Shown: piece by piece, positions 1 through 9,915 of the stretch
Layout: each line of letters begins with the position of its first letter
Position numbering within the stretch: position 1 is the stretch's first letter
From: a bacterium
GTDB lineage: Bacteria > Patescibacteriota > Microgenomatia > Curtissbacterales > GWA2-41-24
Reading direction: 5' to 3'
NCBI GenBank assembly: GCA_021813945.1
Contig: JAKAJD010000001.1
Span: forward strand, 137,744 to 201,743
Length of the DNA: 64,000 nt
The notes under the pieces: generated by a model
Told to the model about the DNA's origin: nothing
Database searches by the model: none
Seen by the model: only the letters and a program-made list of their open reading frames with translations
Program-made: the position numbers and the translations under genes

Positions 1-185
1 AGGTTAAAGCGGAAAGCGGAAATTCCCTTTTTCTCAAAAAACCTTGCGCCGTTGAAAAACAAATGTTGGTTCATATCACCGGTGAAGCCATGGATAAACA
101 CCAAAAGCGGTTTGTCTAAACTTCCGCGCAAAATCCCATAAATTTTCTTCCCATCATGAGTTGAAATTACTGCTGGTTTTTCCAT
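1..185 (-). CDS. alpha/beta-fold hydrolase, N-terminal part (runs off the window)
   Basis: Not in the ORF track. Manual translation from ATG 185 gives MEKPAVISTHDGKKIYGILRGSLDKPLLVFIHGFTGD...GISAFRFN, with the typical VFIHGF oxyanion motif; TGTATAAT lies 6 nt upstream. Confidence 0.75.
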   Translation of the reverse strand, partial: MEKPAVISTHDGKKIYGILRGSLDKPLLVFIHGFTGDMNQHLFFNGARFFEKKGISAFRFN

Positions 186-207
186 AATCACATTATACAA
201 ACAACCC

Positions 208-1740
208 TTATTCAATTTGCAAAAATCCAAATCTTAAACCATCAGAACTTTGGAAAATTTTCAAATTTGGGTACTTTTCAAAAAACAACGTATCTACAAC
301 GAGCGTATTAGCGGGAAACTTCGATAAATAGTCTTTCCCTAACCCTTGTTCTCCAGATAAAAAATAGGCTCCATCGATTTTCTTGGCTGGAATACTGCCG
401 AATTCAGTGGGATGTAGTGTAGTCGTTTGGACTTCATTGGGTGCTACCTGCTTTTCAAACGCAAAATAGCTAAGCATTACATTATAGGAATCGATAAAAA
501 CCTTATTTTCAACCTTGCTATTTTCGGCAAAATTTATTGCTTGCCTTTGGGTATTTCCCCATAAATTTCCGTATTGTGCGCTGTATTCGCCAAACAGGTA
601 TTGCATTCTGAAAATCGTTTGCCAAACCAAAATAAAAGCACCAAGCGCTATTACCAACAAAATTATTCGGGGCCATTTTTTAATGTTTATTAAAAACTCG
701 ACCCCTAAAGCCGCCAAAAATACAAAGGCAATTATCATCGGACTATTCCGGACGGCGTGTTCACCAAGTCCTGCCAAAGCGGAAGGAACAGGAGTTATTA
801 AAAGAAAACTGGCGATTATAAATTTTGTAGTATTAGTCTGCTTTAAATAACCAATAAGTCCAATCAAAATAAAAGGTAACATTACCCACGGCAATTGTCC
901 TGCACCAAAGGGATTAGTTAAGCGATTAACATCGCCCCTTATAAATAGGAAATTTGGTGAAAAAGCTTTTAAATATTCCTGTGTGATTGAAATCGGATTT
1001 GTGTTTATAAGCTCCGTAACCCTAAAATTTGTGTTGTATTTAGAATATGAAACGGCAAGGATCCCTATCGTAACTAACCAAATCACCGCCATCAAGGCAA
1101 GTATTGCTTTATTCTGCCGCATTTTTTTAAAGTTCAAAATCACCAACCCGGCAAAAATTAATGGCGCAAGGAGTTTATAACCATAGTGGGCCTCCAAAGA
1201 AGCGGCCATAGCAAGCGTTCCGAGGAAATAATAAAAACTGTTTTTCGCACCCTTTAAAAAAAGATAGACGCCTCCAAGCAAAAAGGGAATCCCAAAACCT
1301 GCTAGAAAAGCAATTCGTGTCAAATGAATATGCCATGGCAGAAATGCAAGTATAAAAAGCGATGTTATTGCAAATAACTTAGATTTAGGGGATAGCTCTT
1401 GTCCCAAGAGATAAATCAAAACAAGAGTGCTGATTCCGGCAAGTGCGGCTGGCAGTCTAACAACCCAGGGCCATAACCCAAAAACGGCCAAAAATGGTGC
1501 CAATAAATAAGGGTAAAGTGGTGGATAATAACCACTCGACTGAAAAGCCAGTGGCAAAAGATGGCCGTAAACATCTCGGCCGGTTTTTAAAACACTATAA
1601 CTGTCGAGTCCGTAAAGCACTTCGTCAAAATATAGGCCAGGGCGATGGCCTAAGTATATAAGTCGCAGAATTGCGCCTGCGGCAAAAACCAAAAATGCAA
1701 AAATTAATATGAATTTATTTTTATTGAATTTGAACATCAC
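208..1740 (-). CDS. GT-C fold membrane glycosyltransferase (ArnT/PMT_2-like)
   Basis: Many TM segments; DE motif after TM1 (YFDEVLYG..KTGRD); YPPLYPY and VRLPAALAG motifs. Confidence 0.8.
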   Translation of the reverse strand: MMFKFNKNKFILIFAFLVFAAGAILRLIYLGHRPGLYFDEVLYGLDSYSVLKTGRDVYGHLLPLAFQSSGYYPPLYPYLLAPFLAVFGLWPWVVRLPAALAGISTLVLIYLLGQELSPKSKLFAITSLFILAFLPWHIHLTRIAFLAGFGIPFLLGGVYLFLKGAKNSFYYFLGTLAMAASLEAHYGYKLLAPLIFAGLVILNFKKMRQNKAILALMAVIWLVTIGILAVSYSKYNTNFRVTELINTNPISITQEYLKAFSPNFLFIRGDVNRLTNPFGAGQLPWVMLPFILIGLIGYLKQTNTTKFIIASFLLITPVPSALAGLGEHAVRNSPMIIAFVFLAALGVEFLINIKKWPRIILLVIALGAFILVWQTIFRMQYLFGEYSAQYGNLWGNTQRQAINFAENSKVENKVFIDSYNVMLSYFAFEKQVAPNEVQTTTLHPTEFGSIPAKKIDGAYFLSGEQGLGKDYLSKFPANTLVVDTLFFEKYPNLKIFQSSDGLRFGFLQIE

Positions 1741-1809
1741 TTCTAGGGCTCATTGGGAGTATAGCAAACAAAGTTTGCATAGATAATGTTCTATTGAGCA
1801 TTTTCTCTG

Positions 1810-2490
1810 TTATAAATTCGGTCTTAACTCCACATCAATAAGCCTCTTTACCCCAGGCCCATTTCCAATAACAGCATTTCGAGACTCGGTACGGTTGCCA
1901 ACATATAGTCCGTGTTCGGCAAGTTGACCGGAAGCTCTCACTAAATCTTCATCGCTTTTAATTGGTACAGCTTTCCCGTGAATGTATGGTAAGGAATAAC
2001 CAATAAGAACAACGCCCTCATCCGTTTTTGTTGACCAAACGGCTACCGGCTTGTCGACGAATTGTGGAAGTAGCACAGAACCTAAAACGTGCCCTACCAC
2101 TTGCAAGCCTAGTAAATTTCTCCCTTCGCCTTCAGTGCTTTGCACACAAGCATTTCTGGCCAACAGTAAATCTGCACCAACACTCTGCTCGGCGTCTAAT
2201 CTATCGAGCTCGTCGTCTTCGCACGAAAGCATATAGTCAATTTGGTCTGAAAAAGTTGCCATTATCTTGAGGGTTACCAAGTCTGGCCCCACGGGATTTC
2301 TCATTCTAAAAACTTCGCTGTGGGAAGATTTAGCAGAAAGTGTTGAAATACCAAGCTCCTCGCGTCTGCCTAATGCGTTGTCGAAATCCAAAACAGGTAT
2401 TTGGGAAACCAAACATTCAACGTTAATTGGTTGCAGACGGAGAAAATCCGCATGACAATCTCTGATTCCAAGCCTATTAATTTCGACCAT
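1810..2490 (-). CDS. orphan protein with degenerate protein-kinase-like motifs
   Basis: 226 aa; motifs in kinase order SHSEVF / VTLK / E / LPYIHG / LAEHGL..N / RLIDVE. Confidence 0.55.
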   Translation of the reverse strand: MVEINRLGIRDCHADFLRLQPINVECLVSQIPVLDFDNALGRREELGISTLSAKSSHSEVFRMRNPVGPDLVTLKIMATFSDQIDYMLSCEDDELDRLDAEQSVGADLLLARNACVQSTEGEGRNLLGLQVVGHVLGSVLLPQFVDKPVAVWSTKTDEGVVLIGYSLPYIHGKAVPIKSDEDLVRASGQLAEHGLYVGNRTESRNAVIGNGPGVKRLIDVELRPNL

Positions 2491-2548
2491 ATTTTGCAGA
2501 TTGTTGCGGTTTTCAAAGTGAAGTCAAGTTTAATGCGGTTGACTCTAA

Positions 2549-3613
2549 TTAATATCTGAGCGGAAGTTGCAGAAAAAAAGTTGAACCACGCTTGCCGTTA
2601 CTTTTTGCCCATATTTTACCCTTATGCCTTCGAACTATCTCAGCGGACAAAAATAAACCCAAACCGAGCCCTTGCGACTTATCACCCTCTAGTTTTTTTG
2701 ATCTGTAAAATTCTTTGAAAATATTTTTCAAATCGCCTTTTGATACTCCGATGCCCTGATCTTTAACGGACAATCTCACCCCACCGGCAACCGAATTAAC
2801 TCTTACGTCAATTGGAAATTCGGAAGGTGAATACTTTATGGCATTTGTGAGAAGGTTAGTTATCACTTGCCCGATTCTGTACCTGTCGCCACTTACAGTT
2901 TTACGGCTTGCCCCTGAAAGATTAATTTTACGTTTAGGATTAGCCATTTTTTGCTGAACAACAACCTCATCTACGAGATTATCAAAATCATAAAGCTCTA
3001 AGTGATAATCGAATTTGCCAATCTCTATTCTTGTGACATCTAAAAGGTCATTGATGATTTCTAACATTTTTGCAGATTGGACCTCAATTTTTTCAAGATA
3101 TTCAGAACACGTTTTTTTGCTCAACCTTTTATCCCGCCTTAGAAAAGACGAAAAACTGACAATACTTGTTAGTGGATTTTTAAGCTCATGTGCTGCAAGC
3201 GCAATGAATTTGTCTTTTTGAAATTCAATTTCATATCTGGCTTCACTAATAATGCTTATTATCAACCCTTCAAATAAAAAAAGGGCCGTGACAGCTAGAT
3301 CGTCTACTCGTGGTACCGGGTCGAGGGCAAGAAATGTGAAAAAATTTAATACAGAAACGAGTAAACTGGAAAACAAACCTGGCCCCAAACCCCCATACCA
3401 GCCGCTTATTGTAACTATCATTACGAAAAGTGAAAAAGCTGCAGCCTGGGGCTTTATAAATTGCAAGAAATGCTCTCTTAAGAGGAAACCCGAAGTAAAT
3501 ACTACAAGCGTTAACACTAGGGAGAAGCCATACCTTCTTATTCGGCTTCGCCCCTGAAGATAAGCCAACTTTCCAAGAGTAGATTTAATACGATACCAAT
3601 ATTCTTCTAACAA
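2549..3613 (-). CDS. sensor histidine kinase with DUF4118 (KdpD-like) TM domain
   Basis: H-box AAHELKNPLT, N-box NLLTNAIKYS, G boxes DQGIG and GLGLGL; N-terminal WYGGLGPG TM bundle. Confidence 0.9.
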   Translation of the reverse strand: MLEEYWYRIKSTLGKLAYLQGRSRIRRYGFSLVLTLVVFTSGFLLREHFLQFIKPQAAAFSLFVMIVTISGWYGGLGPGLFSSLLVSVLNFFTFLALDPVPRVDDLAVTALFLFEGLIISIISEARYEIEFQKDKFIALAAHELKNPLTSIVSFSSFLRRDKRLSKKTCSEYLEKIEVQSAKMLEIINDLLDVTRIEIGKFDYHLELYDFDNLVDEVVVQQKMANPKRKINLSGASRKTVSGDRYRIGQVITNLLTNAIKYSPSEFPIDVRVNSVAGGVRLSVKDQGIGVSKGDLKNIFKEFYRSKKLEGDKSQGLGLGLFLSAEIVRRHKGKIWAKSNGKRGSTFFLQLPLRY

Positions 3614-3705
3614 AGCACGAAAGGTTTATCACCAAAGCTTCATTTTGTCAACGCAGAAACCCTGGATAAATTTTGACTTTTTTCCGGCTAATATATAATA
3701 GGACT

Positions 3706-4836
3706 GTGAAAATTGCATTGGTTCACGACGACTTTTGCCAGCAGGGTGGGGCAGAGAGCTTGTTTGCAACAATCGCGTCGATATACCCCGACGCACCCAT
3801 CTACACTTCCCTGGTCAACTGGTCAAAGCTTCCAAAATCAATTGAAAAAAGCAGGATTCATACATCTTTCATGCAAAAAATCCCTTTTGCCACAAAATTT
3901 TATAAATTACTACTCTCCCTTTATCCACTTGCATTTGAAAGCTTCAATTTTGACCGCTACGATCTTGTTCTCTCATCAACCACCAGATTTGCTAAATCCA
4001 TAGTCACCAAGCCAAAAACAACCCACGTTTCTTATCTAAACAGTGCGCCGCGGTTTTTGTGGAATCAAGATTCGCAAAATGATTATCTTCCGCGAGTCTT
4101 AAGATTTTTACTTTCATCTCTTTTTTCCTGGCTCAAGCGTTGGGACAAAGCCTCATCTTCCCGCGTTGATTTTTATATCGCTAATTCTCAAAACGTAAAA
4201 AATAAAATCAAGGAAATTTACAACCGTGAAGCCCAAGTTGTTTGCCCCTATGCCAACACAGATTTTTTCAATATTCCCAAAATCCACAATTGGGCGCTAA
4301 AAAGCCAAAATTATTTTCTTTTAGTCAGTCGTTTAGTGAAATGGAAAAAAATAGATTTGGCAATAGAAGCGGCACAAGATCTAGGCGCAAATTTAATTGT
4401 AGTCGGTGACGGCCCGGACAGAAAAAGGCTGGAAAACCTTGCTGTCAGCCGTAAGCAATCAGCAGTGAGCAACAAAATAACTTTTGCGGGCAAAGTTTCG
4501 CTGGAGGAATTGCGGAGTTATTATCAAAATTGTGTAGGATTAATTGTTACCCAGGAAGAAGATTTTGGAATCGCCCAAGTAGAAGCTCAAGCATGCGGCA
4601 AGGCAGTCATCGCCTACCAAAAGGGCGGTTCGGCTGAAACGGTTATAGACGGTAAAACCGGCATACTCTTTAAACACCAGTTGAAAGAGAGCCTAAAAGA
4701 TGCAATTGTCCGCTTCAGTAAGGTAAAATGGAAAAGCGCGGCGGTAAGGAGAAACTCATTGAAGTTTTCTAAAGCCGCCTTTACAAAAGGCTTAAGAGAT
4801 CAGGTAAACATATGGCAGAAGCAAACGATAATTTAA
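3706..4836 (+). CDS. glycosyltransferase family 4
   Basis: KIALVHD..QQGGAE N-terminus and EEDFGIAQVEAQACG motif. Start moved to GTG 3706, 6 nt after TATAAT (3694-3699). Confidence 0.9.
   Translation: MKIALVHDDFCQQGGAESLFATIASIYPDAPIYTSLVNWSKLPKSIEKSRIHTSFMQKIPFATKFYKLLLSLYPLAFESFNFDRYDLVLSSTTRFAKSIVTKPKTTHVSYLNSAPRFLWNQDSQNDYLPRVLRFLLSSLFSWLKRWDKASSSRVDFYIANSQNVKNKIKEIYNREAQVVCPYANTDFFNIPKIHNWALKSQNYFLLVSRLVKWKKIDLAIEAAQDLGANLIVVGDGPDRKRLENLAVSRKQSAVSNKITFAGKVSLEELRSYYQNCVGLIVTQEEDFGIAQVEAQACGKAVIAYQKGGSAETVIDGKTGILFKHQLKESLKDAIVRFSKVKWKSAAVRRNSLKFSKAAFTKGLRDQVNIWQKQTII
4444..4471 (+). repeat. four tandem degenerate heptamers (RTNAGCM) inside the GT4 coding sequence
   Basis: gtcagcc gtaagca atcagca gtgagca; falls within the peptide AVSRKQSAVSN. 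Confidence 0.6.
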
Positions 4837-5915
4837 AGTTCGCCCTTTTCTGCGGAGGGTCCGGAACACGCATGTGGCCGATGTCCAGAAAAAGTCTCCC
4901 CAAACAATTCCAGCCCTTAATTGAAAACCAATCTACTTTTGAAATGATGATAAAGCGCCTATCGTCTAAATTCCCCATGCATAGCATTTTCCCAGTGACA
5001 ACCCGTGATAACGTCCAGTGGATTGTCAAACTGGCTCCCGAAATTCCGCTGGAAAATATCATAATCGAACCGGAAATGAGAGATACCGCAGCAGCAGTTG
5101 GTTTGGCAGCAGCCGTTCTAAACAAAAAATTTGACGATCCTTTGGTAGTCAGCTTATGGAGCGATCACGTCGTCAGGAACGAAAAAGAATTCATAGCAGC
5201 CATTGAACTTGCAGCAAAAACTGCCCAAAAAGAAGGTAAGTTTGTTAAAATCGGCGTCCGTCCTGCCTTTGCCAGTATTGCACTGGGTTATCTGCAGTTG
5301 GGAAAGATGCTTGGCCGCGAAAACGGAATGGCCATTTTTGAATATGTCACTCAAATCGAAAAACCTGATTACAAAGACGCAAAGCGGTTTACCGAGAGCT
5401 GGGAATACCTTTGGCACATTGGATACTGCGTTTGGTCTGCACAAAAAATGCTGGCTCTTTACGAAAAGCATTTCAAAGAGGCCTACAACTGTTTGGTAAA
5501 AATAAGTGATGCTTGGGGCACACCGAATCAAGAAGAAGTTTTAAAAAAGGAATATCCCAAAATACCTAAAACATCCGTAGACTACGCCATCTATTCCCAC
5601 CTAACGGGCGAAGACCAACTGGTTGTTTCGGCAGATTTAGGCTGGCGCGATGTGGGAACTTGGAACGAGTTAAAAGACGAAATGGCCTCAAAGCCAGAAG
5701 ATATCATAACGCAGGGTGATGTTTCCCACATTGACGTAAAAGATAGCCTTATTTACTCCACAGTTGAGAAAAAAGTAATTGCCGCAATTGGGGTTGAAGG
5801 CTTAATTGTCGTAGACACCGAAGATGCACTTTTAATTGTCCCCAAAGATAAGACTCAGGATGTTAAAAAAGTAATAGAAAAGTTAAAAGAGGAGAAAAAA
5901 GAAGACTTCCTCTAG
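4812..5915 (+). CDS. manC: mannose-1-phosphate guanylyltransferase
   Basis: GGSGTRMWPMSR..PKQF, EPEMRDTAAA, SDH, SVDYAI, GWRDVGTW and C-terminal LIVVDTEDALLI. Confidence 0.9.
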   Translation: MAEANDNLKFALFCGGSGTRMWPMSRKSLPKQFQPLIENQSTFEMMIKRLSSKFPMHSIFPVTTRDNVQWIVKLAPEIPLENIIIEPEMRDTAAAVGLAAAVLNKKFDDPLVVSLWSDHVVRNEKEFIAAIELAAKTAQKEGKFVKIGVRPAFASIALGYLQLGKMLGRENGMAIFEYVTQIEKPDYKDAKRFTESWEYLWHIGYCVWSAQKMLALYEKHFKEAYNCLVKISDAWGTPNQEEVLKKEYPKIPKTSVDYAIYSHLTGEDQLVVSADLGWRDVGTWNELKDEMASKPEDIITQGDVSHIDVKDSLIYSTVEKKVIAAIGVEGLIVVDTEDALLIVPKDKTQDVKKVIEKLKEEKKEDFL

Positions 5916-5931
5916 AATTTTATCCAAACTA

Positions 5932-6582
5932 ATGTTTTACGATTTCATAAAAAGAACTATTGATATTATTGGAAGTGCAACTCTAATAATTATTTTTCTG
6001 CCAATTTATATTATCTTCGCTCTTCTTATCATGCTCACAACCTATGGTCCGGTTTTTTATTCGCCCGAAAGGGTAGGCAAAGGGGGCCGGATTTTTAAAA
6101 TGCTAAAATTCAGAAGCATGAGAATGTATAAAATTGATGGTCGCATTGTCCATGCTCAAGAATATCTAGAAACTAATCCCAAACTTAAAAAAGAATATCA
6201 AAAGAACAGCTTTAAACTTCAAAACGACCCGCGTGTGACTCCAATTGGCAAAATCCTAAGACGGCTTTCAATAGATGAGCTTCCGCAACTCATCAATGTA
6301 CTAAAAGGTGACATGTCGCTTGTTGGGCCGCGCGCTTACCAGCAAGACGAGCTCTCGCATCAGCAAAAAGTTTACCCTCATACTGCCAAATTTGTTAAGA
6401 TGATTCTTAAGGCCCGCCCTGGAGCGTCTGGTCCCTGGCAAGTCTCTGGGCGTTCCTTTATTAATTTCGACAAACGCGTGGAAATGGATGCTGTCTATGT
6501 CGAGCGCAGATCGATTCTTTACGATATTTGGATTATAATTAAGACTCCGGTGGCAATGATAAGTGGAAATGGTGCTATCTAA
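5932..6582 (+). CDS. bacterial sugar transferase (WcaJ/WbaP catalytic domain, phosphoglycosyl transferase)
   Basis: KRTIDI, FKMLKFRSM, DPRVT..G..LR..SIDELPQLINVLKGDMSLVGPR, WQVSGRS. Confidence 0.92.
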   Translation: MFYDFIKRTIDIIGSATLIIIFLPIYIIFALLIMLTTYGPVFYSPERVGKGGRIFKMLKFRSMRMYKIDGRIVHAQEYLETNPKLKKEYQKNSFKLQNDPRVTPIGKILRRLSIDELPQLINVLKGDMSLVGPRAYQQDELSHQQKVYPHTAKFVKMILKARPGASGPWQVSGRSFINFDKRVEMDAVYVERRSILYDIWIIIKTPVAMISGNGAI

Positions 6583-6585
6583 TTT

Positions 6586-8400
6586 ATGAAGAAAAAAATC
6601 GCACTTATAATACTTCTTCTTATTCTTTTTTTTGGATTCTTTGCAATTCGCGCAGCACTCTCGCTTCAATCTGGTATTAAAACAGCCAGCAAAGCAGTTG
6701 GTGCAATGAAACTCCAGGATTTAGATGCCACCAAAGCCTATCTTTCGGATGCCAAAAAGCAATTTACAAGCGCCCAGAGTTCACTCAATGTTTTAACTCC
6801 CATAAGAGTAGTCCCGCTTTTGGGCTGGTATGTGGCAGATGCCCAAAGAGGAACTTCTGCAGCGGTTTCTGGCCTGAACGCTGCCGAAACCTTAACTAAT
6901 GCAATAACTCCCTATGCAGACGTTTTAGGGCTTAAAGGAAAAGGATCATTTTTAGGTGGAACAGCCCAAGAACGCCTTTCAAGCGCTATCGAAACTCTTT
7001 CCAAAGTCAGCCCCCAGCTAGATTCAGTTGGCAAGGATCTCGAACAAGCAAGAGCTCAAATCGACCAGATTGCAGCTTGGCGCTATCCCAATATACTTCC
7101 CGGAAAGCCTGGCAAAAAAATAGATCAGGCAAAAAACGCCTTGGATGGAATCGAAACATTTATTGTAGACACCAGGCCTCTTGTTAACGTTTTGCCTCAG
7201 ATAATGGGCGAAGACAGCCCCAAAAAGTATCTAGTTCTTTTGCAAAACGACAAAGAGTTAAGACCTACCGGCGGTTTTATTACAGCCTATGCTGTTTTCA
7301 ACGTCTCCAAAGGGAAAATTGAGTCAGAAGGTTCACAAGATATTTATTCGCTAGACGCAACAGTTCTCAAAAAAGTACCGCCGCCGGCCCCTATTGCCAA
7401 GTATCTAAACGTTTCAAGCTTTAGCCTTCGCGATTCAAACTTTTCTCCCGACTTCGTTTCCTCAATGAACCAATTTCAAAGCTTATACAACAGTTCATCT
7501 CAAAAGAAAAATATAGACGGAATCATAACTGTTGATACTCAATTTGTCTTGGACATGGTTAAAGTTCTTGGCCCAATTGATGCTTATGGAACAAAGTTTA
7601 CAGCCGATAACGTTGATGCCTGCGGTTGCCCTCAAATAATCTACCAGTTGGAAAGTTTTGCCGACCAGCCAAAAGGCACCGAAAGTGGTGGCAGAAAAGA
7701 CATCATTGCAGTTTTAATGCAGCAAATGATGGCCAAAACTTTCTCTGCTCCCAAATCCACATGGCCGAATATCTTAACAACGATGCTCAATTCCTTAAGA
7801 GAAAAGGATGTGCTTCTTTATTTCAAAGATTCCAATTCGCAAGCTGCTGTAGAAAGAGTTAATTACGCCGGCCGCTTGTATCAGTACGACGGAGATTATC
7901 TGGCAATAAATGAAGCAAACTTGGGGGGTGCCAAGTCAAACCTTTATATTCAAGAAAACGCTAATTTAAAAGTTGAAAAAGGCAAGGATGGTAATCTTCA
8001 CAACACTTTAACAATCGAATACAAATACCCAAGAGCCATGGACAACTGTAATTTGGAAAGGAAAGGAGGCTTATGCTTGGCTGGAATTTACCAGGATTAC
8101 ATCAGAATTTATGTTCCCAAAGGTGCAACCATTATTAAAGCTTCAGGTACCGAAGTGCCTCTTGCCGCCTCGGAGGATCTCGGCAAAACTGTTTTCGGCG
8201 GCTTTTTCACTGTCCGCCCTCAAGGCACTGCGAAAATTCAAGTCGAATATTCGGTCCCCATTAAAGCTACCGGTACTTATAAACTTTTAATTCAAAAGGA
8301 ACCGGGTACGCCAGGTTATTCCTATCAATTAGATGCCTTTGGAAACAAAACTAAAACTTTCCCCTTAGATACCGATAAGGAATTTAAAACCTCCATTTAG
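6586..8400 (+). CDS. DUF4012 domain membrane-anchored protein
   Basis: N-terminal TM helix; YLVLLQNDKELRPTGGFI, RDSNFSPDF and NLGGAKSN motifs. Confidence 0.8.
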   Translation: MKKKIALIILLLILFFGFFAIRAALSLQSGIKTASKAVGAMKLQDLDATKAYLSDAKKQFTSAQSSLNVLTPIRVVPLLGWYVADAQRGTSAAVSGLNAAETLTNAITPYADVLGLKGKGSFLGGTAQERLSSAIETLSKVSPQLDSVGKDLEQARAQIDQIAAWRYPNILPGKPGKKIDQAKNALDGIETFIVDTRPLVNVLPQIMGEDSPKKYLVLLQNDKELRPTGGFITAYAVFNVSKGKIESEGSQDIYSLDATVLKKVPPPAPIAKYLNVSSFSLRDSNFSPDFVSSMNQFQSLYNSSSQKKNIDGIITVDTQFVLDMVKVLGPIDAYGTKFTADNVDACGCPQIIYQLESFADQPKGTESGGRKDIIAVLMQQMMAKTFSAPKSTWPNILTTMLNSLREKDVLLYFKDSNSQAAVERVNYAGRLYQYDGDYLAINEANLGGAKSNLYIQENANLKVEKGKDGNLHNTLTIEYKYPRAMDNCNLERKGGLCLAGIYQDYIRIYVPKGATIIKASGTEVPLAASEDLGKTVFGGFFTVRPQGTAKIQVEYSVPIKATGTYKLLIQKEPGTPGYSYQLDAFGNKTKTFPLDTDKEFKTSI

Positions 8401-8438
8401 CTTCAAAATTAATCTTTTTTTGATATACTTAATGTAGT

Positions 8439-9074
8439 ATGTACGTTTCTACAGATTGCGTTGTTCTTGCCCATAGGAATTTTAACGAGGCAGACAAAAT
8501 TTTAACCATCTACACAAAAGAATTTGGCAAAATGGCTTGCATCGCCAAAGGTGTGAGAAGGCCAACTTCCAAAAAAGGCGGCCATGTTGTTCCCGGTAAC
8601 TGGTGCAAGGTCTTTATTGCCAAAGGTAAGCGCTTAGATCTTTTAACAGAGGCAGAGCTCAAAAAAGCTTTTGGGATAAAAAAGCCAACCCTTGGCAAAA
8701 CTGGCAACGTTTTTCATCTTTTGGAACTTGTTAACCAGCTAACAGAAGAGAACCAAAAAAATCCTCAAGTTTTTTCGCTGCTTGTCGATTTTTTAGACAA
8801 AGTTGACCGCGAAGAAGATTTCGACCTTATATCTGCTGCTTTTAAAATAAAACTCCTTTCCGCCTTGGGATTTTTCTCCGCAAAAAGCTTCAAAAGTTCG
8901 ACAACCCAAAGCCTTATTAAATCTTTTGAAGAAGAAAATTTCACAGATTTAAAAGAAAATCTAACGATTAAAAGAGAGTCTTATTTGAAACTTTTGTCGT
9001 TTCTTGATAGCATAATTGAAAGCCTAATAGATACTAAATTAAAGACAACTCGCTTTACTAATGGAAAAATCTAA
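8439..9074 (+). CDS. recO: DNA repair protein RecO
   Basis: EADKILTIYTKEFGK..IAKGVRRPTSK N-terminal OB-fold motif. Confidence 0.9.
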   Translation: MYVSTDCVVLAHRNFNEADKILTIYTKEFGKMACIAKGVRRPTSKKGGHVVPGNWCKVFIAKGKRLDLLTEAELKKAFGIKKPTLGKTGNVFHLLELVNQLTEENQKNPQVFSLLVDFLDKVDREEDFDLISAAFKIKLLSALGFFSAKSFKSSTTQSLIKSFEEENFTDLKENLTIKRESYLKLLSFLDSIIESLIDTKLKTTRFTNGKI

Positions 9075-9915
9075 AAAGTCTACCTACATTATCGCAGCAG
9101 TAAGTTTGATTGTGATCCTCGTCGCAGTTTATTTCTTATTTATTTTCCAAAAATCGCCTCAAAAACCGAAAGCAATAACAAATCCGGATAATATCATAAG
9201 CGCTGACCAGATGGATCTTGCCAAGAAGCCGTTTGTAACACTAACCCCAGTTACGGGTGGGGCAGAAGTGATAATCACCATCAAAAATATGTCTGAATTT
9301 GACAAAATAGAATATGAGCTTACTTATCAAGCCGACAATCCCCAGTCGCCGGGTCAGAAAATCGAACGTGGCGCAACAGGAACAGACGTTAATCCAAAAG
9401 ATTCAGAATATAAAAAATCAATTCTATTAGGCACAGCCTCAAAAGGTGTTAGGAGTCCCGACAAAGGAATCACAGACGGCAAGTTAACTCTGCATATGTT
9501 TAAAGGAGAAACCGAATACCGGTCAGAAACTCCTTGGGATTTTTTCCAGGCTGGAAGCGCAAAAGAACAAATAAAGGACAGATCAGAAAAAGTCGCCTGG
9601 TCACTCCCCTCTATGGGTCAGGATTATTGGATTGTGATTTCCGACACTGTCGGTGTCCCGCCCGGTGCAAGCGGCTTTAATGTTAAAGATGTTGTCCTTC
9701 CTGTTTACGGTGCGTTTTCCATTGCCCCGGATTTCAAAAAACCTGCTGAAGTTACTGTAAACGTTAGCACCAATTCCCAAAATCCAATGCTTTATAGCTA
9801 CAATAATAAAGATCAATCATGGCAGAAACTCGATGCCAAATTCGACTCTTCTCAAAAAACTCTGACTGCAAACGTCACAAACTTTAGCTCTTTTGTTGTT
9901 GTAGCCCCAAAATGA
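9061..9915 (+). CDS. hypothetical single-pass membrane protein
   Basis: N-terminal TM helix and beta-rich extracellular part; overlaps both recO and glyQS. Confidence 0.7.
   Translation: MEKSKKSTYIIAAVSLIVILVAVYFLFIFQKSPQKPKAITNPDNIISADQMDLAKKPFVTLTPVTGGAEVIITIKNMSEFDKIEYELTYQADNPQSPGQKIERGATGTDVNPKDSEYKKSILLGTASKGVRSPDKGITDGKLTLHMFKGETEYRSETPWDFFQAGSAKEQIKDRSEKVAWSLPSMGQDYWIVISDTVGVPPGASGFNVKDVVLPVYGAFSIAPDFKKPAEVTVNVSTNSQNPMLYSYNNKDQSWQKLDAKFDSSQKTLTANVTNFSSFVVVAPK

Noticed and set aside
2502-2508. CCGCAAC upstream of both kinase-like orphans (also 37445-37451)
   Set aside because: Only 7 bp and at different distances from the start codon; compatible with chance.
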